From an uncultured Clostridia bacterium (GTDB lineage Bacteria > Bacillota > Clostridia > Christensenellales > QALW01): a DNA stretch of 64,000 nt. The notes below the pieces were generated by a model. It had not been told where the DNA came from, did not search any database, and saw only the letters and a program-made list of their open reading frames with translations. Both the position numbers and the translations under genes were made by a program. How positions within the stretch are numbered: the stretch's first letter is position 1; every line of letters begins with the position of its first letter. The DNA lies in the NCBI GenBank assembly GCA_934465535.1, contig CAKSKV010000001.1, positions 167,974-231,973 of the forward strand, written 5' to 3'. This document shows, piece after piece, positions 18,872-28,692 of the stretch.

Positions 18872-21019
18872 ATGTACGGTAGCTTTTGGGGAACGCTGCT
18901 TGCGGCGCTGTATATTGCCGCTTTTGCTGCGGGAGGAATATTTATAGCCGGGCGGGTGTTTTACAGGGAAACGGCACCCTTTAGGCTTATGATGGGAGGC
19001 GCGGCGGGGCTTATTCTGCTGCAATGGCTTCCTGCACTGTTTTCGTTTTTTATGGGCTTCGGGCTGTGGTCGCACTTTGCGGCGTTTTTGCTTTTGGCGC
19101 TGCTGACGGCCGGTGCGGGGCTGCTTTTGCATAACCGTCCGGTTTTCCGCATAAAACGCCTGCTTAAAGGCGATGTTTTGATGCTGGTGTTGGCAGTCGG
19201 CGTTTTCGCGGTGTTCACGGCGGCGCTGATGAGCCATACCGTGCCGCTTTTCGGGGACGGCTCCATGCATACCGGGCAATGCACATACGGCGATATGAAT
19301 ATGCATTTGGGCTTTATTACAAGCATTGCGCGTCAGGGCGTTTTTCCTCCGGAATATTCCATACTGCCCGGAACAAAACTGTGCTATCCGTTTTTGTGCG
19401 ACAGCATTTCCTCCAGCCTGTATATATTCGGCTGCTCGCTGCGTTTTGCTTATATTGCGCCCATGCTGCTTGCCATGGCAACAGTTATGGCCGGCGTTTA
19501 TTATTTTGCTTTCAGCTGGCTTAAGGACAAATCCAAGGCGACTCTTGCATGGACACTGTTCTTCTTATGCGGCGGTTTCGGATTTATCTATTTTATGGAC
19601 AGATGGCGCACCGAGCCGCAGAATTTCCTTCGTATATTCAGTGAGTTTTATCAAACACCCACAAATCTTACCACAGAGGGAAACATACGATGGGTGAATG
19701 TAATAGCCGATATGCTGCTGCCGCAAAGGGCGACGCTTTTCGGCTGGGCGCTGCTGTTTCCCACTCTTACGGTGCTTTATAAGGCAGTGTTTGAAAACAG
19801 AAGGGAATACTTTATTCCCGCCGGAGTATTGGCGGGGGGAATGCCGATGGTGCATACCCATTCCTTTTTGGCTGCTGCGCTTATAAGCGCCTGCTGGCTG
19901 CTTGCGGAGCTTACAAAAAGAGCAATGCAGATGCCAAACGGCGTAAAAACGGTAAAAACGGCCTATGCGATGGCGGCAGCGGGAACGGTTGCAGGCTTTG
20001 TTCCACTGATAATCTGCGCCTTCAGGGGAGCGGTGCCCGATTCCGCAGCTATCGCCTTTCCGGCTCTCGGGCTTGTGGCAGGGCTGTTTGCAGCGGGCGT
20101 TGTCCTGCTTGTACGGTGTCTTGCGGGCGGATACTTTAAGGAATTTGCCCGTACATGGCTTATATATCTTGCCATTGTGCTGGCATTTTCGCTTCCGCAG
20201 CTTATAACATGGACCTTTGCGCAGGTAGGCAGGGGCACCATGCTCAGAGGGCATTTCAATTGGGGAAATATCAACGACAGCTATGTGTGGTTTTATATAA
20301 AAAATATCGGCGTTGCGGCGCTGCTTGCAATACCGGCTTTTCTGCATTACAAAAAGGAATTTCCGGTGGCGGCGCCGTCGCTGCTGATATTGTTTATATG
20401 CGAGTTTGTGGTGTTTCAGCCCAATGTATACGACAACAACAAGCTGCTGTATGTTGCTTATGCCATAGCGGCCTGTCTGGTTGCGGGATACATGGTGGAT
20501 ATATACCGCCTGCTGCGGGAAAAGAATATCGGCGGGCGCAGAGTGATTGCGGCGGTGACGGTGTTCCTGTGCGTGTTTTCCGCGGTACTCACTTTGGGGC
20601 GCGAGGTAGTGTCGGATTATCAGCTGTATGCAAAGGAACAGGTGCAGGCGGCGGAGTTTATTGAAAAGAACACCCCTGCAGATTCCGTGATTCTTACCGG
20701 AACGCAGCACAACAATGCGGTTTCTTCGCTTACGGGAAGAAACATAGTATGCGGGGCGGGGACATTTCTTTACTATCACGGTGTGGATTATCAGGGCAGG
20801 GAAGCGGATGTAAAAACGATGTATTCCGACCTTGAAAATGCGGAAGAAATGCTGCAAAGGTACAATGTGGATTATGTGTATATAAGTCCGCAGGAGGTGT
20901 CGACATACAGAGCGGATGCAGCTTGCCTTAAGGATAAATATCCGCTTGTTTACAGTAAGGACGGCGTTTATATTTATGCCGTAAGCCGGCGTGCGCAAGA
21001 GGCGTGTGCGGGAGAATAA
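18872..21019 (+). CDS. large polytopic membrane protein with C-terminal soluble domain; function unknown, my guess is a GT-C/YfhO-like glycosyltransferase
   Basis: 715 aa, ~14 predicted TM helices. Confidence 0.55.
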   Translation: MYGSFWGTLLAALYIAAFAAGGIFIAGRVFYRETAPFRLMMGGAAGLILLQWLPALFSFFMGFGLWSHFAAFLLLALLTAGAGLLLHNRPVFRIKRLLKGDVLMLVLAVGVFAVFTAALMSHTVPLFGDGSMHTGQCTYGDMNMHLGFITSIARQGVFPPEYSILPGTKLCYPFLCDSISSSLYIFGCSLRFAYIAPMLLAMATVMAGVYYFAFSWLKDKSKATLAWTLFFLCGGFGFIYFMDRWRTEPQNFLRIFSEFYQTPTNLTTEGNIRWVNVIADMLLPQRATLFGWALLFPTLTVLYKAVFENRREYFIPAGVLAGGMPMVHTHSFLAAALISACWLLAELTKRAMQMPNGVKTVKTAYAMAAAGTVAGFVPLIICAFRGAVPDSAAIAFPALGLVAGLFAAGVVLLVRCLAGGYFKEFARTWLIYLAIVLAFSLPQLITWTFAQVGRGTMLRGHFNWGNINDSYVWFYIKNIGVAALLAIPAFLHYKKEFPVAAPSLLILFICEFVVFQPNVYDNNKLLYVAYAIAACLVAGYMVDIYRLLREKNIGGRRVIAAVTVFLCVFSAVLTLGREVVSDYQLYAKEQVQAAEFIEKNTPADSVILTGTQHNNAVSSLTGRNIVCGAGTFLYYHGVDYQGREADVKTMYSDLENAEEMLQRYNVDYVYISPQEVSTYRADAACLKDKYPLVYSKDGVYIYAVSRRAQEACAGE

Positions 21020-21095
21020 AAAATATGCAGGGCTTTTGTGCAAATTTGCATCAAACGGTGCGCAAGGGCGGTGTTTATGATTTTCGGGGGCAAAA

Positions 21096-22112
21096 ATGAC
21101 GGTTAATAAGGACAGCAGAATTGTAAGCGACGGACGCGCAACGGTTATAGGCTCCGGAAGATGGGGCTCGTTTATAGCGTGGTATCTGCGCAGTATCGGG
21201 CGCGAGGTGATGATATACGGGCGCGGAGATTCCGAAAATTTTCAGCGGTTTTGCCGCGAACGCGGAAACAGTTATGTTCGGTTTGGTGATGGGGTAAGCT
21301 TTACTGCGGATCTGAAGCGGGCGCTGCGGTTTTCAAATGAAATTTTTATATCCATATCGGCGCAGCATCTGCGAAGCCTTATGAAAAACATAGCGGAGGC
21401 CGGTTTGCCTGAGGGCAGCGTATTGCTGCTTTGCATGAAGGGGCTGGAGGAAAGCACGGGGGAAAGGCTCAGCAGTATTGCATCAAAGGAATTGGGCTCA
21501 CGCAAGCAGGATATAGCCGTATGGGTGGGGCCGGGCCATGTGCAGGATTTTCTTGCGGGCAAGCCCAATTGCATGGTTATTGATTCGGCGGATTTTAACC
21601 TTACCTGCCGCATGACGGAGGAGCTCGGAAGCCGGCTTATACGCTTTTACCGGGGCGATGACCTTATCGGCAACGAGATCGGGGCTGCCGCAAAAAATGT
21701 TATAGGCATAGCGGCCGGAGTGCTTGACGGCATGGGAATGACGGCGCTGAAGGGGGCGCTTATGTCAAGGGGTGCGAGAGAGGTCGGAAGGCTTATTGCC
21801 GCTATGGGCGGAAGGGAGATAACCGCTTACGGGCTTGCACATTTGGGAGATTATGAGGCCACGCTGTTTTCGCCGTTCAGCCATAACCGCGCTTACGGCG
21901 AAAGCCTTGCCAAGGGCGAAAAATATGCGGCTTTGGCGGAGGGCGTGGCTACCTGCCGCGCAATAAAGGTGTTAAGTGATAAAACAGGGGTGGAAATGCC
22001 CATATGCTCGGCACTGTATGAGGTGCTGTTTGAGTCTGCAAACCTTGAACAGGCTATGGGGGCGCTGTTCTTGCGCGATGTGAAAAAGGAATTCTGGGAT
22101 GAAAAGGTATAA
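21096..22112 (+). CDS. NAD(P)H-dependent glycerol-3-phosphate dehydrogenase-like
   Basis: Rossmann GSGRWGS motif and GpsA-like C-terminal domain. Confidence 0.65.
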   Translation: MTVNKDSRIVSDGRATVIGSGRWGSFIAWYLRSIGREVMIYGRGDSENFQRFCRERGNSYVRFGDGVSFTADLKRALRFSNEIFISISAQHLRSLMKNIAEAGLPEGSVLLLCMKGLEESTGERLSSIASKELGSRKQDIAVWVGPGHVQDFLAGKPNCMVIDSADFNLTCRMTEELGSRLIRFYRGDDLIGNEIGAAAKNVIGIAAGVLDGMGMTALKGALMSRGAREVGRLIAAMGGREITAYGLAHLGDYEATLFSPFSHNRAYGESLAKGEKYAALAEGVATCRAIKVLSDKTGVEMPICSALYEVLFESANLEQAMGALFLRDVKKEFWDEKV

Positions 22113-22215
22113 AGCATATGACGGTATAAGCGCCGCAGAGGAAGAGCGCGATGGATGCGCAGGCGGCAGGGGCGGCGTCGGGGGTATCACGAAAGCGGAT
22201 GCGGACGGGCGGCAA

Positions 22216-22545
22216 ATGAATGCATTTGAAAGAATATACCGCGCCGTGGAGCTTATACCGGAGGGCTGTGTGGCCTCGTACGGTGTTATAGCGGCGCTTG
22301 CGGGAAATCCTCGCATGTCGCGTATTGTGGGATACGCCCTGCATGCAAATCCCGATCCCGAAAGAATAAAATGTCACAGAGTGGTGTTTGCGGACGGTTC
22401 ATTAAGCCGAGCCTTTGTGTTCGGCGGTGAAAATAAGCAGAGGGCTCTTCTTGAGGCGGAGGGTGTGGGCTTTTTGCCAAACGGAAAGGTGGATATGAAA
22501 AAATATGCGTTTTTTTCGCAGGAATATTCAAAAAAGAACAGATAA
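22216..22545 (+). CDS. MGMT-family (methylated-DNA-protein-cysteine methyltransferase DNA-binding domain) protein
   Basis: KCHRVV active-site-like motif; start at MNAFERIY (ORF extends to 22099). Confidence 0.6.
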   Translation: MNAFERIYRAVELIPEGCVASYGVIAALAGNPRMSRIVGYALHANPDPERIKCHRVVFADGSLSRAFVFGGENKQRALLEAEGVGFLPNGKVDMKKYAFFSQEYSKKNR

Positions 22546-23500
22546 AAGCGGAAAATTCTCAGCAGCGGTGCTGTTTATATGCTGTGTGCTGCTGTGCGCC
22601 TGCACTCCGGGAGGGGCAACAGAAAACATAACGCATGATGTAACCACTCCGTTTATTCAGCAGGGCACGGTTATCGACCCGGTGCGCGGACGCTTTATTC
22701 AGGTGGACGAAGTCATATATTTTGCGGCATCGGACAGCATACAGTTCTATAACACAAAAACAGGGGAGTACGGACTTGCGGCAATTGCGGATACACCGTG
22801 TGAACTGAGTTTTTACGGCGGGAAGATAATATACAGATGCGTTTCCGCACGGGAAAACTATGAGCCTTCGGAATACGCAGTGTGCTCGTTTGATATTTCA
22901 TCGGGACAAACAGCGGTGATTACTGCCGGGGAGATAAGCTTTGCTGCCTGCGGCGCCGAAGGGGTATTTTACATAAGCGGCAACCGGCTGTTGTGCATAA
23001 AGGACGGAGCAAGCAGCATGCTTTTTGAGGGCGAACTGGTTTCTCCGCAGTTTTGCGGCAGAAATGTTGTTCTGGGCATGGACGGCGATATATGTATTTT
23101 GGATACGGACAGCGGAAATGTGAAGATTATCGGCCCGAAGTGCTATCCGCAGGAGCTGGTGGGAGCGCAGGATTTTGTGCTGTATGCCGCGGCGGAGGAC
23201 AGCAGCGCTGTTAAATACCCAATACAGGGCGGGGAAAGCGAGCGTTTGCCCTTTGAGATATGGGGCATAAGCACATATAACGGCAGCTGTTACAGGCTTG
23301 TAAACGAAAACGGATTCCGGCTTGTGAATGCAGAGGACGGCAAGAGCATAGCGGAGCTTGGCGCGCTTCAAAGCTGCTCATATCCGTTTTACGGTGAGCA
23401 GTGGATATATTTTCTTGTAGGGTCCGATGATTATTTCGGGCTTATACGCATTTCGTGGGACGGAAAAACAACGGAGCAGCTGCTGCAATCGCAGGGGTAA
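22505..23500 (+). CDS. putative lipoprotein with beta-propeller-like repeats (DUF5050-like)
   Basis: signal peptide plus LLCAC lipobox; repeated YxxxDxxIYF motifs. Confidence 0.5.
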   Translation: MRFFRRNIQKRTDKSGKFSAAVLFICCVLLCACTPGGATENITHDVTTPFIQQGTVIDPVRGRFIQVDEVIYFAASDSIQFYNTKTGEYGLAAIADTPCELSFYGGKIIYRCVSARENYEPSEYAVCSFDISSGQTAVITAGEISFAACGAEGVFYISGNRLLCIKDGASSMLFEGELVSPQFCGRNVVLGMDGDICILDTDSGNVKIIGPKCYPQELVGAQDFVLYAAAEDSSAVKYPIQGGESERLPFEIWGISTYNGSCYRLVNENGFRLVNAEDGKSIAELGALQSCSYPFYGEQWIYFLVGSDDYFGLIRISWDGKTTEQLLQSQG

Positions 23501-23623
23501 GCTTTTCGGACGGGCAAATAAAGCGGAGTTCTTAAAATGCGGGCATTGCGCGTGCAGGGAAGTCCGTAAAAAAGCGGCGCTGCGGCTTGAAAATGCCGGG
23601 TGGGAGTATTGAATATAATAATA

Positions 23624-23660
23624 AAACCGACGGTGCCGGTATGCACTGTCGGTTTTATAT
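23624..23660. terminator. bidirectional terminator between lipoprotein gene (+) and pfkA (-)
   Basis: AAACCGACGGTG/CACTGTCGGTTTT stem with A-run and T-run on either side. Confidence 0.6.
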
Positions 23661-23695
23661 ATTGGATATGCGGTCTGAAGACGCATAATTAAAAA

Positions 23696-24661
23696 TTACA
23701 TGGAGAGCACATTTGCAAGATTGTAAAGATTGTAATTAGGCTCTTTTTCTATTTTAAGCGCGGCGTGAATATCCATGGAGAATATCTGATCGTCCTTAAT
23801 TCCCACAACCTGACCGCCGATGCCCTTATCAAGCAGATTTACGGCGTAGAAGCCGAACATACTGGCAAGCTGAGTGTCGCGCGCCGAAGGAGCGCCGCCG
23901 CGCTGGATATGGCCAAGCACGGTGGCACGCGCCTGCATGCCGGTGCGTGCTTCTATGGTTTTGCTCAGCTCATGACCGCTGCCGCAGCCCTCGGCAAGCA
24001 GCACGATGGAGGCCATTTTGCCGCGTTCCTTGCCGCGAAGCAGGGTGGCGCAGACATCGTCGATATTCCATTCCTTCTCCGGAATAAGAATGCACTCGGC
24101 GCCGCCCACAAGCCCGGAATACAGCGCAAGATCGCCGCATTTATTGCCCATAACTTCCACTACGCTTACGCGGTCGTGACTGGTCATTGTGTCGCGAATT
24201 TTGCGTATTGCTTCAAGAATGGTGTTAAGCGCGGTATCAAAGCCCAGAGTATAATCGGTATAAGCAAGGTCGTTATCTATGGTGCCTGGAATACCTATGG
24301 CCGGTATGCCGTAGTTTGTAAGCACCTGTGCGCCTTGGAAGGAGCCGTCGCCGCCAATAACAACAATGCCCTCTATGCCGTGCTTGCGGATGTTTTCAAG
24401 AGCGGTTGCCTGACCTTCCTTGGTTTTGAATTCAAGGCAGCGCGCGGTTTTAAGCATGGTGCCGCCGCGGTTTATAATGTCGCCCACGCTGCGCAGATCC
24501 ATATCAAACATCTGATCCTCGATTAGCCCCCAGTAGCCGCGTTCTATTCCTACCGGAGTCATGCCGTGATAAATAGCGGTACGCACAACGCTTCTTATGC
24601 AGGCGTTCATGCCCGGAGCGTCACCGCCGCTTGTGAGTACACCGATTTTCTTCATATTCAT
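23696..24661 (-). CDS. pfkA: ATP-dependent 6-phosphofructokinase
   Basis: MKKIGVLTSGGDAPGMNA N-terminus, PFK family throughout; start ambiguous among 3 ATGs (24655/24661/24667). Confidence 0.9.
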   Translation of the reverse strand: MNMKKIGVLTSGGDAPGMNACIRSVVRTAIYHGMTPVGIERGYWGLIEDQMFDMDLRSVGDIINRGGTMLKTARCLEFKTKEGQATALENIRKHGIEGIVVIGGDGSFQGAQVLTNYGIPAIGIPGTIDNDLAYTDYTLGFDTALNTILEAIRKIRDTMTSHDRVSVVEVMGNKCGDLALYSGLVGGAECILIPEKEWNIDDVCATLLRGKERGKMASIVLLAEGCGSGHELSKTIEARTGMQARATVLGHIQRGGAPSARDTQLASMFGFYAVNLLDKGIGGQVVGIKDDQIFSMDIHAALKIEKEPNYNLYNLANVLSM

Positions 24662-25260
24662 CACCATTCCTTAACGATAAAAGGCTGATCGAAAGCAGCG
24701 CTCATATCAGTATTTATGCCTCTTTTCGTAACAGTATATCAAATATAATGCGTTTTGCATAGTGATTTTGTATCGAAAAACAGTAATTTCCTTCATTTTC
24801 AGTACAGATTCATAACATGTATTGCATTTGGGATCGGTTCGTAAGCGGGCGGCAATGCAGCCTTGCGGTGGGGAGAAAGTGTCGCAGATTTGTTTAGGGG
24901 CATTGAGACAAAACGACTCACATTCAAATACAGTGGTGGCAAAAAATGTTTTTCATATGTGCTGGTGGTAAAATAATTACAAATTTATTATCAAAAGGAC
25001 GAAAAATTATTAAAAAAACTTAAAAAAGTGCTGTACAAATGGATTTATACATTGTATAATAAGAATGTGAAAGATGAGTTCCCCCTAAACTCGTTTTTTC
25101 ATGATACTCCTTTATATTATGTGCAAGGCATACGGTTCCCCCCATATGTCTTGCGCGCAAAATATGCGCGATGCGCTTGTTATAGCAGCCTTTGCTGCAA
25201 GAGCCGTACAGTCGGAACTGTGCGGCTTTTATTTTTTTATTCTTCTTAAGGCTTAGCTTG

Positions 25261-25311
25261 AAAAAATGCAAAGACGGAGGATTTACCCGTACGGTAAAAC
25301 CGCCGTCTTTG
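25261..25311 (-). terminator. terminator hairpin downstream of HTH-protein gene (minus strand)
   Basis: CAAAGACGG/CCGTCTTTG stem followed on minus strand by U-run (plus-strand AAAAAA 25261..25266). Confidence 0.5.
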
Positions 25312-25377
25312 TGCTGCCGTAAATTGCTTTTGTTGAATATCGGCATCATGCTTTGCTCAAATCGCGGGCTGCTTTTA

Positions 25378-27117
25378 TTATTCTTCCTTCATGGGCGGGA
25401 CAAAGTTTTCTATTGCGCTGCGCAGCTTGGGGTGACGGATAACAAAATGGATAGCCGGCGCATTGCCCTTGGAAACGATAACAAACTGCTTTTCGTGAAT
25501 GAAAATCTGAAGATTGCAAAATGCAAAGGCCGAATTTTCCTTGAGTATATAATTCGGGTGTGTGTCTGCAAAAAGTTCGGTTTGCTTGAGGTGGGCGGCG
25601 TACTCCTCAAAGCTGTATGCGATATTATTTTGCGCAAACATTCCGGACAGCTCAAGCACGGGCGGTTTTTTACTGAATTCATCTGCGGTAAGAGCGGGTA
25701 TTTCGTCCGTGACGGTGTTTTTTTCCAAAACGGATAAAATGCGCTGCCTGTAAGCGGCCGCATATTTGATTATTGCCTGCTGCTGCGCCGCATCGATGCC
25801 GCGGCGCGTGAGCATGTCGGCAAGCAGCTCCGGGCTTATTGTATACAGCGGCAGCGTGGAAAGAATGGCACGCCGTGCACCTGGCTTTTTAATATCGGAA
25901 AGCAGAAAGGTGTTGAATTCGTTTTCCCGCTCACTGCGGTAGATATCCATAAGCGGATATGCATCGGCAAGCATTTCCTGAGCGCGCCTGCGGTAATATT
26001 CCAGCTCGCGCTTTGATTTGGTAAGATAGTATCTGCCGTCGGAGTGATACCCGGCAATTGCCTCCCCGGTAAGTGCGGCGGCGCCCGAAACCTTCAGAAG
26101 GTGCAGGAAAATGCCGTTCTGCGCGTTTTTGAAATAGTATGGAGAGATTTGTCCGGTCATATACATCGGAATCCAGCTTTCAAGACCCAGCATCATTTCG
26201 TCAAAAGAGCGGTCGATATTGTGTATCTGGTACAGATGCAGCCCCTTTTTCAGCATCATGGCCATGCCGAACATCCATTTTTTTGCGAAATCCTCGTTCT
26301 TGGCCATCTCCCTCATGGGCATATCGCTGTACATTATTACAGCCTCGTCGGATTTGGAAAGCACGGTGGCCTTCAGAAAATCCAACTCGCTTTCCATCAT
26401 TTTCGATATGCCGTTGTAGGTTTTGCCGGACGGCAGCTGAAAGGGCGCGGAAGAAACTTTGAGCTCGTTGAAACGGATTATGTTTATATATTCATTAAGA
26501 TCAAATTCATCAAGGCGGTTAAGAAATTTTGATATGCTTCCGTCCGCGGTGTCATGCTCCGATTGACTGAGCAGCCAGCTTTTAATCAGGGTATACCGCG
26601 GCGAAATATCTCGGATGTCATCCGGATCACAGTCTATAAGCTCGGCCACGGCGGAAATTTCGGGCTGCGTCTGCATCTCTCTTGCAGTAAAGGCGGCAAT
26701 GGCGGAGGCGAACTGTTCGCAATCGCCGGGGTTTCTTGAGCCGCTGCGAATTCGGAAAATTGCGGAAGGGTCGTAGTTGGTATACTGACACAGGCGCGTA
26801 AGATTTATATTAAGCGCCGTAATGAGCATGTTGAAGTTTTTGCGCAAGCTCTCTCTGTCGGCGGAGATAAAATCCTCGCAGTCAATAAAGGCTTGCTTCA
26901 CGGAGGCTGCCGTTATGCCTTGTATTTCTTTTTTTGCCGCAATTTCGGCAATGGCGGAGCATAATTCCTCAAAGGCGCTGCTGTCCGATTCGGGAATACG
27001 CTCGCAGTTTCTGTATCGGCTGAGGGTGGCTTGGGAAATGCCGGAGAGCGTACATAATTCCTTGGCCGTGCAGGAGGTTTGAGAGATATATGCGTTTAGC
27101 TGCTCGTTGAATTTCAT
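25378..27117 (-). CDS. XRE-family HTH domain protein with large uncharacterised C-terminal region
   Basis: N-terminal HTH (ELCTLSGISQATLSRY); 579 aa. Confidence 0.6.
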   Translation of the reverse strand: MKFNEQLNAYISQTSCTAKELCTLSGISQATLSRYRNCERIPESDSSAFEELCSAIAEIAAKKEIQGITAASVKQAFIDCEDFISADRESLRKNFNMLITALNINLTRLCQYTNYDPSAIFRIRSGSRNPGDCEQFASAIAAFTAREMQTQPEISAVAELIDCDPDDIRDISPRYTLIKSWLLSQSEHDTADGSISKFLNRLDEFDLNEYINIIRFNELKVSSAPFQLPSGKTYNGISKMMESELDFLKATVLSKSDEAVIMYSDMPMREMAKNEDFAKKWMFGMAMMLKKGLHLYQIHNIDRSFDEMMLGLESWIPMYMTGQISPYYFKNAQNGIFLHLLKVSGAAALTGEAIAGYHSDGRYYLTKSKRELEYYRRRAQEMLADAYPLMDIYRSERENEFNTFLLSDIKKPGARRAILSTLPLYTISPELLADMLTRRGIDAAQQQAIIKYAAAYRQRILSVLEKNTVTDEIPALTADEFSKKPPVLELSGMFAQNNIAYSFEEYAAHLKQTELFADTHPNYILKENSAFAFCNLQIFIHEKQFVIVSKGNAPAIHFVIRHPKLRSAIENFVPPMKEE

Positions 27118-27162
27118 GGGCTACGCTCCGTTACGGTTAATATGTTTATAAAACCGACTTTA

Positions 27163-28032
27163 TTAGGTGTGCTGTTTGCCTTTTTCAAAGTACATGAACT
27201 CCGCAATGTGCGCAAAATTATCAAGGGAAAGCTTTTCGCCGCGCACGCTTAAATCAAGCCCGCACTGAGTGAGGATTTTTTCCGTATCCTCGCGCGAAAG
27301 GGAAAAGGCGTGCATCAGATTATTGGCATAGGTTTTTCTTCTCATGGCAAAGGCGGCATGCATAACATCGAAAAACAGCTTTTCATCATGTACGCTTACT
27401 GCCGGTGCGCTGCGGCGCGAAAGGGTTATTACCCTGCTTTCCACCTTTGGCGGCGGAAAAAAGCAGGCGGCAGGCAAGCGAGTGCGCAGCCGCGGTATGC
27501 AATAATACTGCACGGCGCAGCTGAGGCTGCCGTATTCCGCCGTGCCGGGCGCGGCGGCCATTCTGTTTGCCACCTCGCGCTGCACAAGAACGGTAAGGCT
27601 GTCGTAGGGCAGGCCGCTTTGCAGCAGGCGCATAATTATGGGAGTTGTTATGTAATATGGGAGGTTTGCCACCAGCTTGAAGCCGGGGGTGAGATGCTGA
27701 TGATACAGCTCCTCGAGATTGAGCTTGAGAAAATCGGCGTTTATTACCTCGGCGTTGAAGCCCTCCAGAGTTTCCGCAAGTACGGGCAGCAGGGTTTTGT
27801 CGATCTCCACCGCAGTAACGCGGGCGCCGCGTTTTGCCATAACACGGGTAAGAGTGCCGGCACCCGGCCCTATTTCCAGCACGGTGTCGCCCTTTTTTAT
27901 ATCGGCATCATCGGCAATTGCCGACAAAATGCGCTCATCACAGAGAAAATTTTGGCCAAGGCTTTTGGAAAAGCCGAATCCGTGCTTTTGCAGCAGGTCT
28001 TTTAAGGTAAGACCGTCAAGTTTTTCTATCAT
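27163..28032 (-). CDS. rsmA: 16S rRNA (adenine1518/1519-N6)-dimethyltransferase
   Basis: LGQNFL and EIGPGAGTLT motifs; RBS GAGGAG before ATG 28032. Confidence 0.9.
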   Translation of the reverse strand: MIEKLDGLTLKDLLQKHGFGFSKSLGQNFLCDERILSAIADDADIKKGDTVLEIGPGAGTLTRVMAKRGARVTAVEIDKTLLPVLAETLEGFNAEVINADFLKLNLEELYHQHLTPGFKLVANLPYYITTPIIMRLLQSGLPYDSLTVLVQREVANRMAAAPGTAEYGSLSCAVQYYCIPRLRTRLPAACFFPPPKVESRVITLSRRSAPAVSVHDEKLFFDVMHAAFAMRRKTYANNLMHAFSLSREDTEKILTQCGLDLSVRGEKLSLDNFAHIAEFMYFEKGKQHT

Positions 28033-28343
28033 TATACTCCTCACTGCCGTTTGATATATGCCTGAATGCAGTTAAAAATTATGGTTTCTGAAAGGTAAAA
28101 CGGTGTGTAATCGTCTGTTCGTGCCGCCGATGCTGCTTTTGCGCCGTGACCGTAAAAATGTGCAGAACATAAAGCGGCATGCAGATATAATCACATTATG
28201 AATTATACACTATTGCCGCCCATTGTGCAATAAGATATAAACGGCGTGTTTTTTGAGGTGCACCAAAGAAGGCGCACAAACGCACACTATGAGAATTAAG
28301 CTGTCATTAAAGCGGGAAGAAAAGGGTTTTATGAAAAAATATA

Positions 28344-28378
28344 TTGACAATGTAAAGCCGGAATGATAACATTGTCAA
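28344..28378. promoter_or_regulatory. palindromic operator candidate upstream of feoAB (TTGACAATGT-N15-ACATTGTCAA, centre contains AATGATAAC Fur-box-like core)
   Basis: 10-bp perfect inverted repeat overlapping a TTGACA -35-like hexamer. Confidence 0.4.
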
Positions 28379-28455
28379 ACAAAAGTTAGTACGGACTAAC
28401 AATACCGGAGCGCAAAAAATGCAATACGGATAAAACGGCAGGGGGAATAAAGCAC

Positions 28456-28692
28456 ATGACCTTAAATAAACTTGAAGTAGGAAAAACAGCGGTAATACGC
28501 AGTGTGGGCGGCAAGGGCGAGCTGCGCCTGCGTTTGCTTGATATGGGGCTTATACCGCGTACACGGGTGAAAATGCAGAAGATAGCGCCCATGGGCGATC
28601 CGCTTGAGATACAGGTGCGCGGGTATGAGCTTACGCTTCGGGCGGAGGATGCAGCGGGCATAGAGATAGAACCGGAGGAGGAAAAGGCATGA
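28456..28692 (+). CDS. feoA: ferrous iron transport protein A
   Basis: FeoA SH3-like domain; overlaps feoB start. Confidence 0.85.
   Translation: MTLNKLEVGKTAVIRSVGGKGELRLRLLDMGLIPRTRVKMQKIAPMGDPLEIQVRGYELTLRAEDAAGIEIEPEEEKA

Noticed and set aside
25020-25349. 109-aa minus-strand ORF and 25192..25737 plus-strand ORF in the AT-rich intergenic region
   Set aside because: Low-complexity Lys/Phe-rich translations in AT-rich non-coding DNA, with no RBS and no recognisable domain.
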